From Eledone cirrhosa (Eukaryota), in assembly GCA_964016885.1 (NCBI GenBank), contig OZ024741.1, positions 97,464,001 to 97,528,000 on the forward strand: DNA of 64,000 bases, read 5' to 3'. Shown here one piece after another: positions 43,987 through 57,617 of the stretch. Position 1 is the stretch's first letter; the number at the start of each line of letters is the position of its first letter. The notes below the pieces were generated by a model. It ran no database searches. It saw only the letters and a list, made by a program, of their open reading frames with translations, and was not told where the DNA came from. The translations under genes and the position numbers were made by a program.

Positions 43987-44732
43987 GCGTGTGTGTGTGG
44001 GTGTGCGTGTGCGTGCGTGTGTATGTGTGTTGTATGTGTGTTGTATGTGTAAAACTATATATAGTATAGGTGAAATGTTGTATAAACAAATGAGCTGACA
44101 CCAGCTATATTGTATTAAAAGAAGTCTGCTGATATAAATTTAGAATGCTGTCTCTCTGTCACTCCTCTGCTGGAACATTCTGATAACAATTAAGGAAATT
44201 AGACAAATAATTAATTCCTATTTTTCAAATATATGACCCTTGATTAGTGTATAATATTCAAGCCAATTTATTTTTAGTGGCATTATTTGGAACTCTGTAA
44301 CATCAATTGTGACATTTATTTTACGTGTATGTTATTATGCTACTTCAATTTCTTGACGTGCAGTTCATGTTAATTACTTAAGCCAACATCAAATTATTTA
44401 TCAACTGGTTATATCCCCTGACATTTTCATGCTGCAGACATAACATCAATCAATTTCAGTATTTTTCTTTCTAGTGGAGAGATGGCAGTTAGACCTTTGG
44501 AGAATGTGATTGAAAATTCTATTACACTATAGTTAATAATAACAGGTATGAGTTATTGTTGCACTTTATATATATATATACCTAGTTAATTGAGTAATAG
44601 TTACTTATATTTTGAAAAACAAATTACGTAATCATCGAAAAAGATTGTAGCACATTTAGGCGTTTTACATATTTATCATTATTTAATTGGATATTATGAA
44701 TAAAGATTTGGCAGTATTAGAAATAATTGCTA

Positions 44733-45576
44733 CTAGCTGACGTACCCAGCTTCGCCCGGGTAAACAGATGATAAGAGAAGACAGGGAAAAGAGAAAATGA
44801 CAATATTGGATGTTTGTCTGGTTACAGTATGAGGCGAGTCCGTGGTGTTTGTATGATACAAAAACCATTAAAAAAATACCAGATATATGAGATTCTTCGT
44901 TGTACCGTTTGTGCATAGTATATGAACAATTCTAGGTGCTCCCACCTAGAATAGTGACCTCTAGAAGATTGTTCATCTTCTGCCTGACTCTAAAACGTGT
45001 ATCATTGCATAGACTTGGTTATTCCACGTTTCTCAAAAGGATGATGGAAGTTCCAATCTTTTATATTATATGTAGATATAGATATAGATAATTAATATAA
45101 AAGATGATGCTCAGTCAGTTCGTCTTGATCCATCGCAGCACGCCTTCGCTGTTTGGCTCCAGTGTTTCGTTGGCGTTGTTCAGCCAGCTCCTCTTGATTC
45201 ATGGCGGCACGTCTTTACCTCTAAAAGTTCGGCGTTCCGATGGCGTTTTTCTGCCCGTTTTTCTTCATTCCTGGCTGCACGCCGTCGCCGCTGTGGTTCA
45301 CTGTTTGATAAAGTCGAATTATTTTACTTTCTGTGGAACGCAGCACGCACGCACACACACATAAGCATACGCGCACGTACATACACACGCACACATAGTA
45401 ATAGTTTCACTTTGCCTCTCTGTTTCTTACTCTCCCCTCTCACTCCCTCATTGGCATTATGCATATTAATTTAAGTTTGGCGTCATTGACGTGGGCGAAG
45501 TCGTTTGAAACCTATGTACCAATGATAATCGAGAATTATGACACACAGAATAATGACATTGTTCAAATTAATATAC
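44733..45576 (-). mobile_element. Non-autonomous internal-deletion derivative of the adjacent Helitron
   Basis: 44733-45105 matches 45577-45955 (3' end with hairpin and CTAG). 45105-45576 matches 50990-51207 plus 51455-51700 (5' region). Confidence 0.88.
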
Positions 45577-48500
45577 TAGCTGGTGTACCCAGCTTCGCTC
45601 GGGTAAACAACAGATTATAAGAGAAGACAGGTAAAAGAGAAAATGACTGTATTGGATGTTTGTCTGGTTACAGTATGAGGCGAGTCCGTGGTGTCTGTGT
45701 GATACAAAAAACAGTAAAGAAAATCTTCCAGATATACCAGATTCTTCGTTGTACGGTTTGTGCATAGAATATGAACAATTCTAGGTGCTCCCACCTAGAA
45801 TAGTGACCTCTAGGAGATGGTTCATCTTCTGCATGACTGTAAAACGTGTATCATTGCATAGACGTGGTTGTTCCACGTTTCTCAAAAGGATGATGGAAGT
45901 TCCAATCTTTTATATTATATGTAGATATATATATAGATAATTAATATAAAAGATGTCCGTCAATGTAAAAAGGTCCCTATTTACTTGAAATGGTTTATAC
46001 AAATGCCAAATTAATATGGATATGGATAACATGCTTATCTATAAGTGGTCAGCTATAATAATAAAACAACAAATTATATGACACAAAAATGTATTCAGTA
46101 ATTTCCAGGCTCTTAGCCACTGAGTAATAGACAGTCAATATTGCCCAGAGTTCAACTCGGGGTGGTGGCCTGGTTTGAACTAAATAGAATCGTTTTTCAA
46201 TATTACCTGGCCGGCCGTAGGCACCAAACTTTTTGCCAGACTCAGCATATGATGAGGTTTTATTATCACCGCTATCAGAAGCGATACATTTGAAGGCAAT
46301 TTCTACCAATACTTGTTGGTTTTTATTGCTTATTATCGACAATAAATGACATTGAACAGAAATGATAACTCTGTCAAAGCTCACAATACTGATCAAAGGA
46401 CACCAATATCTGAATCATTTACGTCGAATATTCATAGCTGTGAAGCCAATGTCTACCAATACTTGTTGGTATGTATTGCGCAACATAGCAGTGTAATCAA
46501 TTTTTATCCTTGTTTGTTTTTATTGCTCATAATGACATTGAACATAAATGATAACTCTATCAAAGCTCACAATACTGATCAAAGGACACACAATGTCCGA
46601 ATCATTTACGTCGCTTATTCTTAGCATTAAAGATATGCATACATCAGCTCAAAGCTTCATTATAGACAATATTCAGGGTTGTTCCTCTGTTAGTGGTATC
46701 AATTGCAAATTTTATACCAACAGGATCGCACACAAGAGATGCAGCAACATACAGTTGCCCATGGCTGAATGCTGGATCATTCAAGTAGACACCGACTTGC
46801 TTGAAAGTCTGTCCGTGTGCCTTGTTGACAGTCATGGAGAAGGCCAAATTGACGGGAAACTGTCTCCTATGCCAAATGAATGGCACTTGGTCTCAGCATG
46901 ATCCACAGAATGAGAACCGATTCCTCTCTGCCTGGGAGTTTAGCTTCTAAAACTCTTCCGTTAATCAATCGCTCAACAATCAATCTGGTACCATTGCAAA
47001 GACCCATTTTATGATTGATATTTCTAAGCAATATAATCGGCATACCTTTTTCAACCTCAAAATATGTGGGAGGGAATCCGGGTATTTGAAGTGAATTCAG
47101 ATACTCAGTCGGAACATCCATATTGTTCTGCTGATTAGACTCCATTGCATCCGCATTGACGGTCAACCATACCTCTCCAGGAAACATTCCGGCTACTTGT
47201 GAATTTATTTCATCGACCGTTGCATTCGTATGAGTTAGAATAACGCGTTCCGATATCCAGGAGATATTCTGCCAAAAAGCATTCAAATTAGGGAACACCC
47301 AGTCAATCAATACTTGGCGGTCCAGTGGCATGACCAAATGGTCTGGGATTCTTACAGTCTGATTATCAGCAACGTGTGGCAATTCATTGTTTCCCAACTG
47401 CATCAACCATCGTATGTCTCAGCCTCCTCGTTTTGCCCGAACATACGAAGTCGCATATTATCGTGTAATCGCAAAACTCTGAAATGGCGCCACAGCGGGG
47501 ACTTTTTCAGACATGCATCGATAATTTGCGCTCTTTGAGCATTCCTAACAATTGGTAGCACCTGTCTGAAGTCGCCACCAAGAACGATAGTCTTACCACC
47601 GAATGGCAGATATCTACCGCAGATATCTCTCAAAGTTCTGTCCAATGCCTCCAGCAAATATATGTGTGCCATTGGAGCCTCGTCCCAATTAATCAGAGAC
47701 GTATTGCATATAAAGCTCGCGAGTTCACTTTGTCCTGTAATGTTACAGACACTCAACTCATCCGGAGCCAATGGAGCCTTGAAGCTTGAGTGGAAGGTTC
47801 TTCCACTACTCAGCAAAGTGGCAGCGATCCCACTGGTGGCCACAGGGAGAGCAATCTTCCTCTGAGCTCTGACTGCCGATAACATAGTGTTGAAAGAGAA
47901 TGTATTTCTGGTGCCTCCTGGAGCATCTATGAAAGCACAAAGTTTCTCACTAGTGGAAATCGAGTGGAGAACGTCATCGACCAATTCTCTCTGAGATTGG
48001 GTCAACATTGGCATACGTTTATCCACAATACGTTGCTGTTCCAGTGGATCAAACTGGAATAGTTCCCTCCGATCGACTGGCAACCGTCTAAGCTGCAATC
48101 TCATGTTCAATGCTAAGACACGTTGCCGCATTTCTTCATCAGGAATTGGCAAATTGAAATATGTTAAACATTTAAAATGAACTTCAAGCAGTTGCTCAAT
48201 ATTGAGCAAAACAATAGCTTTCATCAAATTTGAATCATCGACCTGAAGATGATGCCTAAAATCATCAGCCATAATTCCACAATGGCGTTGAAATAACTCT
48301 CTTGGATCGGCAGGATTGCAGAATCCTAGAATCGTGATAAACAACTGCCTTATTTGAGCTGGCATCTGTGTTGTTCCTGCAGCTTCCATGGTGTTATTCA
48401 ATTCAGCGTCATCCTGAAGGAGTCCCAGATGCTGACACACAGCCTAGTATGTTTCATATTCCACGCCATTGATTGTTTTCAAATCAGCGAAGCTCTTTTT

Positions 48501-51500
48501 ACCTCTCGAAAAACCATTATGCAACAGAATTCGGAGATAAAACATCACCAGATGCTGGATGGAAATTACAAACCCGTCCAATACTCATGAATCTCAACTT
48601 TTGTTTTCTATCATTCCATTTCTTTCCCTTTTTATTCCACGTATAGTGCGAAGGGAAATCGCAGTAGAGTTGCCTTTGATCTGGGTTCAAAGTATGTTCC
48701 CTATTATGCTTGAACCACTCAGTGAATTCCGTCTTAGGATGTTGTGCGTTAGCAATTTTTCGACACCTCTTCTAGTGTCCTGAAAACAGACCATTTGCCT
48801 ATTCTCTAAGTCAACCGTCAGTTTCTGAACGCTGGGTTTGTGTTCATTGAGATCAAAATCGAACAATCTCCAGCAAGCTTCGCTAGATCCAATCGAGCGA
48901 ACATCCTGGAACCTGCCAGCTTCATCTCCTTGGTTCGCTTCCTCATTCCTGACATTGATCATTGCTGGATCATGACCTTTGTAAAGATATTTGAATAGAT
49001 ATTTGCAAGCTTTCACTGAGTTACAAATTCCCACATTAATATGACAACGATATTTCATAATCAAATATGGATTGTATGGCACAACCAATTGATTTGTAAC
49101 CTGTCGACCGTTTACATTTTCGACCAAACCGCCATCTGCAGGCGACCGTCTTCTGTATGAGGGATGAGCATCTCCATCGTTCCAGGAAGTTTTCGTGACA
49201 AAAGATTTCGGAAATTGCTTACTGCATTGGCCATTTTTCATGCAAGACGCTTTCCGATTTGCCACTCCGCATTGGTTGTGCACCATTGACTTTGCCACCA
49301 AGTTGCGTAGTGCTTCATTCTCCGGCAGTTCAGCACAAACAAAGCTGTCGACATCCTCAGCACATCTCAATTTTGTAATCTCTATGTAAAATTATCAGCA
49401 AATGTGCATGTGGCAATCCTCTTTTTGGGAATTCAATTACGTATGTAAAAGCAACTATACCTCCAAAGATTCCCTCATTTTCCACATCATCCATTATCTT
49501 TTTTCAGATATCCTTTGAATACTCTTGCCACAATATCAGGACGGTCCTTTGGCTGTTGTCCTGGCAAAAGTGCATCCTTACTATCAGTCCATTCAGGATT
49601 GCATGTAACCGTTATAAACAAATCTAGCTTTCCAAACTGTCTGACAATAGCCATTGCATCCTGATAGCGAATGTTCATATATCTCGGGCCGCCGATGAAC
49701 GACGATGGCAAAATGATACTTCAACCAATTTGCTTGTAATTGGCATCATCGGCTGTTATCGCATCTTTTATATTATTATAGAATTTAGCTCTGATATGTT
49801 GCTGATGTGTAGCTATATAATTTAGCCTTTGATTTTCGATCTTTGCGAATGCCATACAACAATATTCCTGGAACAATCTGCTGGCTTGAAATAGCACATT
49901 TCTCTGTTGATTCCTCTTATTCAAATGGAACGCGTAAAAGTCGCGAATCGAATTATTGTGTCTATTGCCACCTCTCTGTTGATGCTGATTCTCATGATCA
50001 TCTAAATGAACAGACATGTTCCATCCATTTTCACATTTTGGGAATAAAAGAACATAATACAATGGATCGTATGCTCTATTTGACTCATTGATAGTCTTGA
50101 GACCACCATCTCTGCAATTGAGGACGATATCTCTCGATCCAGGCTTATCGTCCATCAACACAGCAACTTCACGAAATCCTTCAGGGGCATTATATCGCCG
50201 TCCGTGTTGATTCCATGGAACTGCGTCAGCCTTAATCGCCATTGTTTGCAGTTGAATAGTTTGCAGTTCAGCCACCAACATGAATTCCATAACATAAGGA
50301 TTACACTGTCTAAGCCATGATTGCAAATCACGAATCAAATCACTTAACCTTTGCCGTTCAAGTTCAGTTATATTTCCCGGCAACTTCATCCAACCGATCC
50401 TGATATCCTCCTCCGATTCACTATAATCTGGTTTTTAAAGTAAATTTGAGCGAATCGAGGCCTCTCTCCTGGTGTAACTTCTAAATTACCGATACAATGA
50501 TACAAACGGCCTTGAATGACTACATTCGGTTGCCATGCTCCACTCTCAAACATCATAGTAACTCTCTACGATGCTAAAGCTAATGAATTGTTAATTTGCC
50601 GAGAATATTTGCGCAGTAATCTACCTCGGTCTCCTTGATCACCCCCACATACTTAGTATTTTAAACTCCGGTGACTCCTCATCATCTGACATTCGCAAGG
50701 GTTCTAGTTGAACTGCTCCTTTATGAAAGCACATTGTGGCCCACATCTTTTCGTGACTCCAAAGCAATGCTCCACAATGTGGACACTCTGCTCGTCCACC
50801 AATCTGAAAATGACACGGTTGCCATGATCCATTTTTAATATCATTCGTTCGCCCTCTAGACTCTTTACTGGAAGAGGAGCCCTTTGGCGACACATTCTCT
50901 GAACTTCTGTATTGCGCTGGCGCTGTTCAACCAGCTCCTTATCATCCATCGCAGCACGCCGTTGCTGCTGGATTCTGGCCATCTGCTAATGATGGTCAGC
51001 CAGTTCGTCTTCAACCATCGCAGCACGCCGTCGCTGCTTGGCTCCAGTGTTTCGTTGGCGTTGTTCAGCCAGCTCCTCTTCATTCATGGCGGCACGTCTT
51101 CGCCTCTGAAGTTCGGCGTTCCGATGGAGCTGTTCGGCCTTTTTTTCTTCATTCCTGGCTGCACGCCGTCGCCGCTGTAGTTCACTGTTTGATAAAGTCG
51201 AATTGCTTTTATTATCCGTACTCATTTCGAGCAATTGTCAAAATATGACACAATAATAAATATAAAAGATGTCCGTCAATGTAAAGAAAGGTCCCTATTT
51301 ACTCCCTTCACAATTCTGTGTATGTTAGACTGACATACAGGAACACAGACATATGAACTGCGTGGCGATTGTGGAACGCCACACACATACACGCATGGAA
51401 ACACGCACAAGCACGCAAACTTACACACGCACACACTCACACATGTTGATAGTTATTACTTCTGTGGAACGCTGCACGCACGCACACACACATAAACATA

Positions 51501-51712
51501 CGCGCGCGTACATACACACGCACACATGTTAATAGTTATTGAACACAGCGTTCACACTCTACCCTCTCACTCCCTCAATGGCATTATGCATATTAATTTC
51601 AGTTTGGCGTCATTGAGGTGGGCGGAGTCGTTTGAAACCTATGAACCAATGATAATCGAGAATTATGACACACGGAATACTGACGTTCTGGAAATTAATA
51701 AATATATATATA
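45577..51712 (-). mobile_element. Helitron with degenerate Rep/PIF1 helicase gene (~46644-51234)
   Basis: Rep motifs DLFITVTCNPEW, VIEFPKRGLPHAH and KYLFKYLYKGHD. Helicase motifs DAPGGT, DEAPM, GGDFRQVLP, LCNGTRL, RRQFP..LAFSMTVNKAHGQT and FSHGQLYVA. Zinc finger CPHCGALLW. 3' terminus cccgagcgaagctgggtacaccagCTAG. Confidence 0.95.
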
Positions 51713-52209
51713 AGGCGCTGTTGCTAGACACTGTAATATGATTACTTCTACAATATAAAACTTCTACAATATAAATATTGTAGAAGTAATCATATTACAG
51801 CGTCTAGCAACAGCGCCTTATATATATATTTATTAATTTCCAGAACGTCAGTATTCCGTGTGTCATAATTCTCGATTATCATTGGTTCATAGGTTTCAAA
51901 CGACTCCGCCCACCTCAACGACGCCAAACTGAAATTAATATGCATAATGCCATTGAGGGAGTGAGAGAGGATAGTGTGAACGCTGTGTTCAATAACTATT
52001 AACATGTGTGCGTGTGTATGTACGCGCGCGTATGTTTATGTGTGTGTGCGTGCGTGCAACGTTCCACAGAAGTAAAAACTATCAACATGTGTGAGTGTGT
52101 GCGTGTGTAAGTTTGCGTGCGTGTGCGTGTTTCCATGCGTGTATGTGTGTGGCGTTCCACAATCGCCACGCAGTTTATCTGTCTGTGTTCCTGTATGTCA
52201 GTCTAACAT
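51322..52209. repeat. ~435 bp-arm inverted duplication of the Helitron 5' end plus flank
   Basis: Arms 51322-51756 and 51775-52209. The centre has a tandem copy of acttctacaatat. Confidence 0.92.
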
Positions 52210-54107
52210 TGCTGGCCTCCATATTAAATACCTGAAATTTCATAACAATAGCAATGCAAATAACGGTAAGTTATTACCTCCCTTATATAGCGTGGTATAA
52301 TATTTAGATTAACTTAGATTATATATGAAGGTAATAGAGAAAACCTTTCAATATGTATAATTTCATCTGAAACAAACAATGAAAGATGGATGGATGTTTT
52401 TTTTTTTTCTTAAAAAGAAATGCATGCTGTATCGATTAACATGGTTTGTATTCATTAGATTCCTGACATTTCATCAAGCATTTGCTTTAAAGACTAAACA
52501 TACTTTCACCTGTTTCTCGTTGGTTGTGTTAAGATCAGATATTACACGTTAGAAGGTTCTCACTCTGATTTACAGATCGAATTAATTCTTATTTGTTATT
52601 ATTTCCTGTTCAGTAAAACATTTACAGCGGAGTGTATTAACATTAAGTAGTAGACATATTAAAGCAATGGCATGTCATAAGAGATTACATATATTATAGG
52701 TAGAGAAAATTCACTCTAATGTTTATATGGCTAAATGTAAAGTGGTTTCTTTTTATAAGTTCAGTGCTGCGTTAATTCAACGATAAATTTATCCACCATT
52801 TCCAGATTTGGATTTAACAATATATTCTTTTATTGATCTGGCATAAAATGTTACACTGAATCTTTAATCATTTCGAAAGTTACGATATAACTTGAGTAAT
52901 ATTTTCTTAGCGCTTATAAAATATAGTATAAATTACTTGAAATGTTTTAATCTAAAGATTGGGAATACTGGGATCAGTGTGTAATTATTTAGCTTTAGTG
53001 TAACTTACAAAATTACGTAATTAACAAGATACCTACATTTACTGGTCAAGGTAATAGAAATAGAAAACGTAGAATACAGAATCATTGATGATGTCCGTTT
53101 TTGATATATTATCATTGCATCATCCCTTACAATGTGTGTACCATTTTGCTCTTTGGACGTAAATGTACCTCTAGAGAGGAAAATAAATATCGACTGTTTT
53201 ACACGATTCGGCCAAGTGAAGAAATATATCGTTCCCTGACCCCTCTAAAATAATGTTCATCGTTATATTTTGTTATGTACCGATTAAACTTGAAATTAGT
53301 ATATTCATTGCTCAATATTGATCTAGTGACTGTTCACATGAGAATATAATTTGCAAAATTATTTAACTACACACACACACAGAAGCATAATGTTTGCTCT
53401 GTATGTATTTCTCCATGATATACGCATGGATTATTTAACACATTTAAGTTAAGCAGGATTTGTATGTGACTGAACTAATTAAAAGAAAGAGTTATATATA
53501 TATATCTCATACAAACGTTAACATTTGTTAAGCAAAAATGTGTTTTTTTTTATGGAGCTGTGTCATTGGCGAGATTTAAACAGAAAGACAATGATATTGC
53601 AGTATTCGAGGAAAATATAATGGTGATTTTGGCACACATCTTCACCGTTATATTTTGTCTATGCATAGTACTCTTTGCCTATTTAATTACATTTCGCATA
53701 GGATGTATTTGAATCCAATGACATATATATAAAGGTTAACGGAAATATTACCTCACTTGTATTAATAATCACAATGTAACACATAATGTAATGCAAAATT
53801 ATGATTTTATTGTGATCTAAATCTCATACTTAGTTATAAAATACCGCCGGAAAATATTATGTGCATAGTAATTAAGACTACCGCAAAGAAAGAAGAAAAA
53901 CTCCCAGATAGGATACGAACTGAGACATATATCTGGAGTCATAGAAAATGTTCGCATAGATGCATGCAAGCAGACATAGAGACGCATTCATATCTATTCC
54001 TCTCAAACTCATAGACTGGATAGTTAAACATTTTGATTACGTAATCAAAGTTATTTCTCTTCTTTTCTTCATCCTAAACTAAGTTGTCAAATATATTTCT
54101 ACATATA

Positions 54108-54968
54108 CGAGGTGTGTCTGAAAAGTAACTAGTGTGCTGTGTGAGCTATGAAGTGGGATAAGGGTTAGCGGGTTGTATCGCCACGAGAGGTAAGATCTGG
54201 AACAATCCAACTGCGACCTCAGCGCTCTGCAGCCATTGTATGTTTTTGGCATGCTTTTGTTAAGAGCAACTCAATTTTAGGCCGTTGAGCGACGGGTACA
54301 GAGCAAGAGGTCAACCTGATGTTTCTGGTTCCGGTTAGGAAAAATTCACACGGAATAAAGTAGCATGTACACGGAGATGAGACGATAACACGCTCACGGA
54401 TTTTGGAGTGGCCTAAAAGGTTTAAAGAGATGAAAGGACGTGGACGACGACCCCTGGAGCGAGAGGCATTCAACGAGAAGGATTCAGGCCATACTTGAGC
54501 GCGTCATGCAAATGGTACAATGCGATCGTCGGCTAAGATTTACAGATCGAAGGTAAGTCGGGTATGAACTGTGACACCGTTTGATAGATTATTACCAACG
54601 ACCTGAGCATGCGAAAAAACGACTGCTCACAACGCTTTGAACATCGGGCAGTTCCTTTCCGAAAAGAATATCGCTGTACTGGGACAACCACCTTATTCAT
54701 TTGATCTCGCTCCGTGTGACATTTGTCGTTCCACCAAGCTCAAGGAGGTCATCAAGGGGTCCCGTTTTGAAGGTGTGGGGCGATCAAGAGGGCCATAACG
54801 AAGGGCACTCCAGAAGAATCATTTTAGCAGTGCATAGAACTGTGGGAGAAAAGGATGGAAAAGTGCATTAGACTGTAAGGGGATTAATGTAAACGGGAAA
54901 CATTGTAATTTAGAATTGAAATAAGTTTTGTCACGCCAGTCATTTTACTTTGCAGACAGACAACCTCG
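54108..54968 (+). mobile_element. Mariner transposon relic, internally deleted
   Basis: ta-cgaggtgtgtctgaaaagtaa and ttttactttgcagacagacaacctcg TIRs. Remnant peptides HGDETITRSRILEWPKRFKE and QPPYSFDLAPCD...KLKEVIKGSRF. Confidence 0.88.
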
Positions 54969-54991
54969 GATAAATATATATATATATATAG

Positions 54992-56553
54992 TATTAGTTA
55001 TACTATCTATGGTTATGTAAACACAAAACCTTATGCAGTTATAAGTATTTTACATACACCCTAAATAGTGGTAGGCAGTAATGTATTACTACCTTATTAC
55101 CAGTAAGTTAAGTAGCTCAATGTAAAAACATCAGATGATTTACAGAGCAGTTATATGAAATATAAGAATCAAAGAGCTGTTCAAAACATTATTGTGCTTA
55201 CAGCTGTTTCCTCCAAACCGAGGTTTGGATTCTTCGGAGCAATTTATTAATGCATGGACAGTTATATGACCTCCTTTTCAGCCGAGAGACATACCGATAC
55301 ATATTCAAACATTGTGGGTCAACATTCATTACTGAATTTAGAGTGGCAGTACACACTTCGAGATTACATTTATATTAAGAGGTACAATCAAAAATCAAAA
55401 ATACAGGTTAAAATACAACATGAAGATAAGCGGTTATATAGTGGAAATGTTATGTGTGGCACGCATGTGCGTCTTGTTTATATAGTATGGCAGAGAGATA
55501 TGTGTGGTAGAGGCAATTATGTAGGTAAACCAGAGTGTTAGGTTGGTAGATCTGGTGGAAAATTCTTTATATGATTGATATAGTCTGTGTGTGTGGAGAA
55601 ATGTTATAAGCATTAAAAATAGTGCAAGCATTAAAAGTGTTAAAAGTATTGGAGATGCACAGCGAAGGGATGTCAAGTATTTCATGTACTTCGACATTTT
55701 CATGGTCAGGGGAGTGTATTTTTCGATTATATGTCCCTCACATAATCCACGACAATTCGATATTGAGCGTTTGACAATCCAGTTAGAGATCGTAGTCTGG
55801 TGTTCTTTAGTTCAATACAGGAGGCTGAAACGCCATTGAATACCACCCGGGTGGTATTCAATGGCGTTTCTCGAAACGTAACAGCCTCCTGTATTGAACT
55901 AAAGAACACCAGACTACGATCTCTAACTGGATTGTCAAACGCTCAATATCGAATTGTCGTGGATTATGTAGGGACATATAATCGAAAAATACACTCCCGT
56001 GACCATGAAAATGTCGAAGTACATGAAATACTTGACATCCCTTCGCTGTGCATCTCCAATACTTTTAACACTTTTAATGCTTGCACTATTTTTAATGCTT
56101 ATAACATTTCTCCACACACAGACTATATCAATCATATAAAGAATTTTCCACCAGATCTACCAACCTAACACTCTTGTTTACCTACATAAGTGCCTCTACC
56201 ACATATATCTCTCTGCCATACTATATAAACAAGACGCACATGCGTGCCACACATAACATTTCCACTATATAACCGCTTATCTTCATGTTGTATTTTAACC
56301 TGTATTTTTGATTTTTGATTGTACCTCTTAATATAAATGTAATCTCGAAGTGTGTACTGCCATTCTAAATTCAGTAATGAATGTTGACCCACAATGTTTG
56401 AATATGTATCGGTATGTCTCTCGGCTGAAAAGGAGGTCATATAACTGTCCATGCATTAATAAATTGCTCCGAAGAATCCAAACCTCGGTTTGGAGGAAAC
56501 AGCTGTAAGCACAATAATGTTTTGAACAGCTCTTTGATTCTTATATTTCATAT
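54992..56553. mobile_element. 1.4 kb spacer-less palindrome with one-sided ~160 bp tail in (TA)n; probable PLE pseudo-LTR fold-back
   Basis: Arms 55152-55848 and 55849-56553, centre ccc|ggg, one ~12 nt indel near 55871. Mirror-image ORFs 55254-55541(+) and 56165-56452(-). Confidence 0.85.
56463..56515 (+). ncRNA. Minimal type I hammerhead-ribozyme-like motif (variant core); mirror copy at 55191-55243 (-)
   Basis: gct-CCGAAGA-a-tccaaacc-tc-ggtttgga-g-GAAA-cagctg-TA-agc. Stem I gct/agc, 8 bp stem II, palindromic stem III. Deviations are U4C and an A-G pair closing stem II. Confidence 0.65.
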
Positions 56554-56565
56554 ATATATATATAT

Positions 56566-56904
56566 ATATTTTAAAAAAAGGAAAAGAATGACTTCACTTG
56601 TAGTGTTAAAAGATTTTATGATTTAATGTTATAATATAATATTATAATATTAAGAGTTGGTAGATCCAGTAAGTTCTTTGTTAACTTCGGTGGGAAGAAT
56701 TTTAGAGATTCCTGGTTAACTTGGGTTGGATAACTTCTCGCATTCGTCTGTCTGTGGCGATTGTCAAACTGAGATCAGGTTGTGTTGAAATGTGTGACTA
56801 TATATAAGAGAAATTTGGATGTGTCTGGGGTGTAGCGTGTGGTGTTAATGAGTGTTGATGATGATGAGGGTCCTGAGGAACAAAAGTATACATACACACA
56901 CACA

Positions 56905-56980
<76 letters not shown>

Positions 56981-57542
56981 CACACACGCACACACACACA
57001 AACAAACACGTACACACACACATGCACACATATATATATACACACAGAAAATGGTGAGGTTGTCAGATAAGGGTGTTTGAGAAGGTAGTCGTAAACCTAC
57101 TATTCCTGCTGGTTTTATTTCATTAGCTGACCTTTGATGAGTTTATAATTGTTTCTACTTTAGGCACAAGGCCAGCAATTACCCAGTACATTACTGGTAC
57201 TTTATTTCATCGACCCCGTAAGGATGAAAGGCAAAGTTAACCTCGGCGGGATTTGAACTCAGACTGTAAAGGGACGTAACTATGCTAGAAAGCATGGCGT
57301 CCAACCCTCTACCGATATAGCTTTATAGATTTGGAAGAGTTGATTCAGCTATGCCATTATAAACTCATCAAAGGTCAGCTAATGAAATAAAACCAGCAGG
57401 AATAGTAGATTTACGACTACCTTTCTCACACAACCTTATCTGACAACCTCACCATTTTCTGTGTGTATATATATATGTGTGCGTATGAGTGTGTGTGTGT
57501 GTGTAAGTGTGTGTGTATGTGTGTGTGTGTGTGTGTGTGTGT

Positions 57543-57617
<75 letters not shown>

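Noticed and set aside
44475-44545. Exon-like segment (tttctag|...cag|gtatga); also a donor-like ag|gtaagt near 34204
   Set aside because: There are stops in all three frames and no supporting exon chain; RNA-seq would be needed.
55254-56452. Two near-identical 95-aa ORFs on opposite strands
   Set aside because: They follow from the palindrome and show no recognisable domain.
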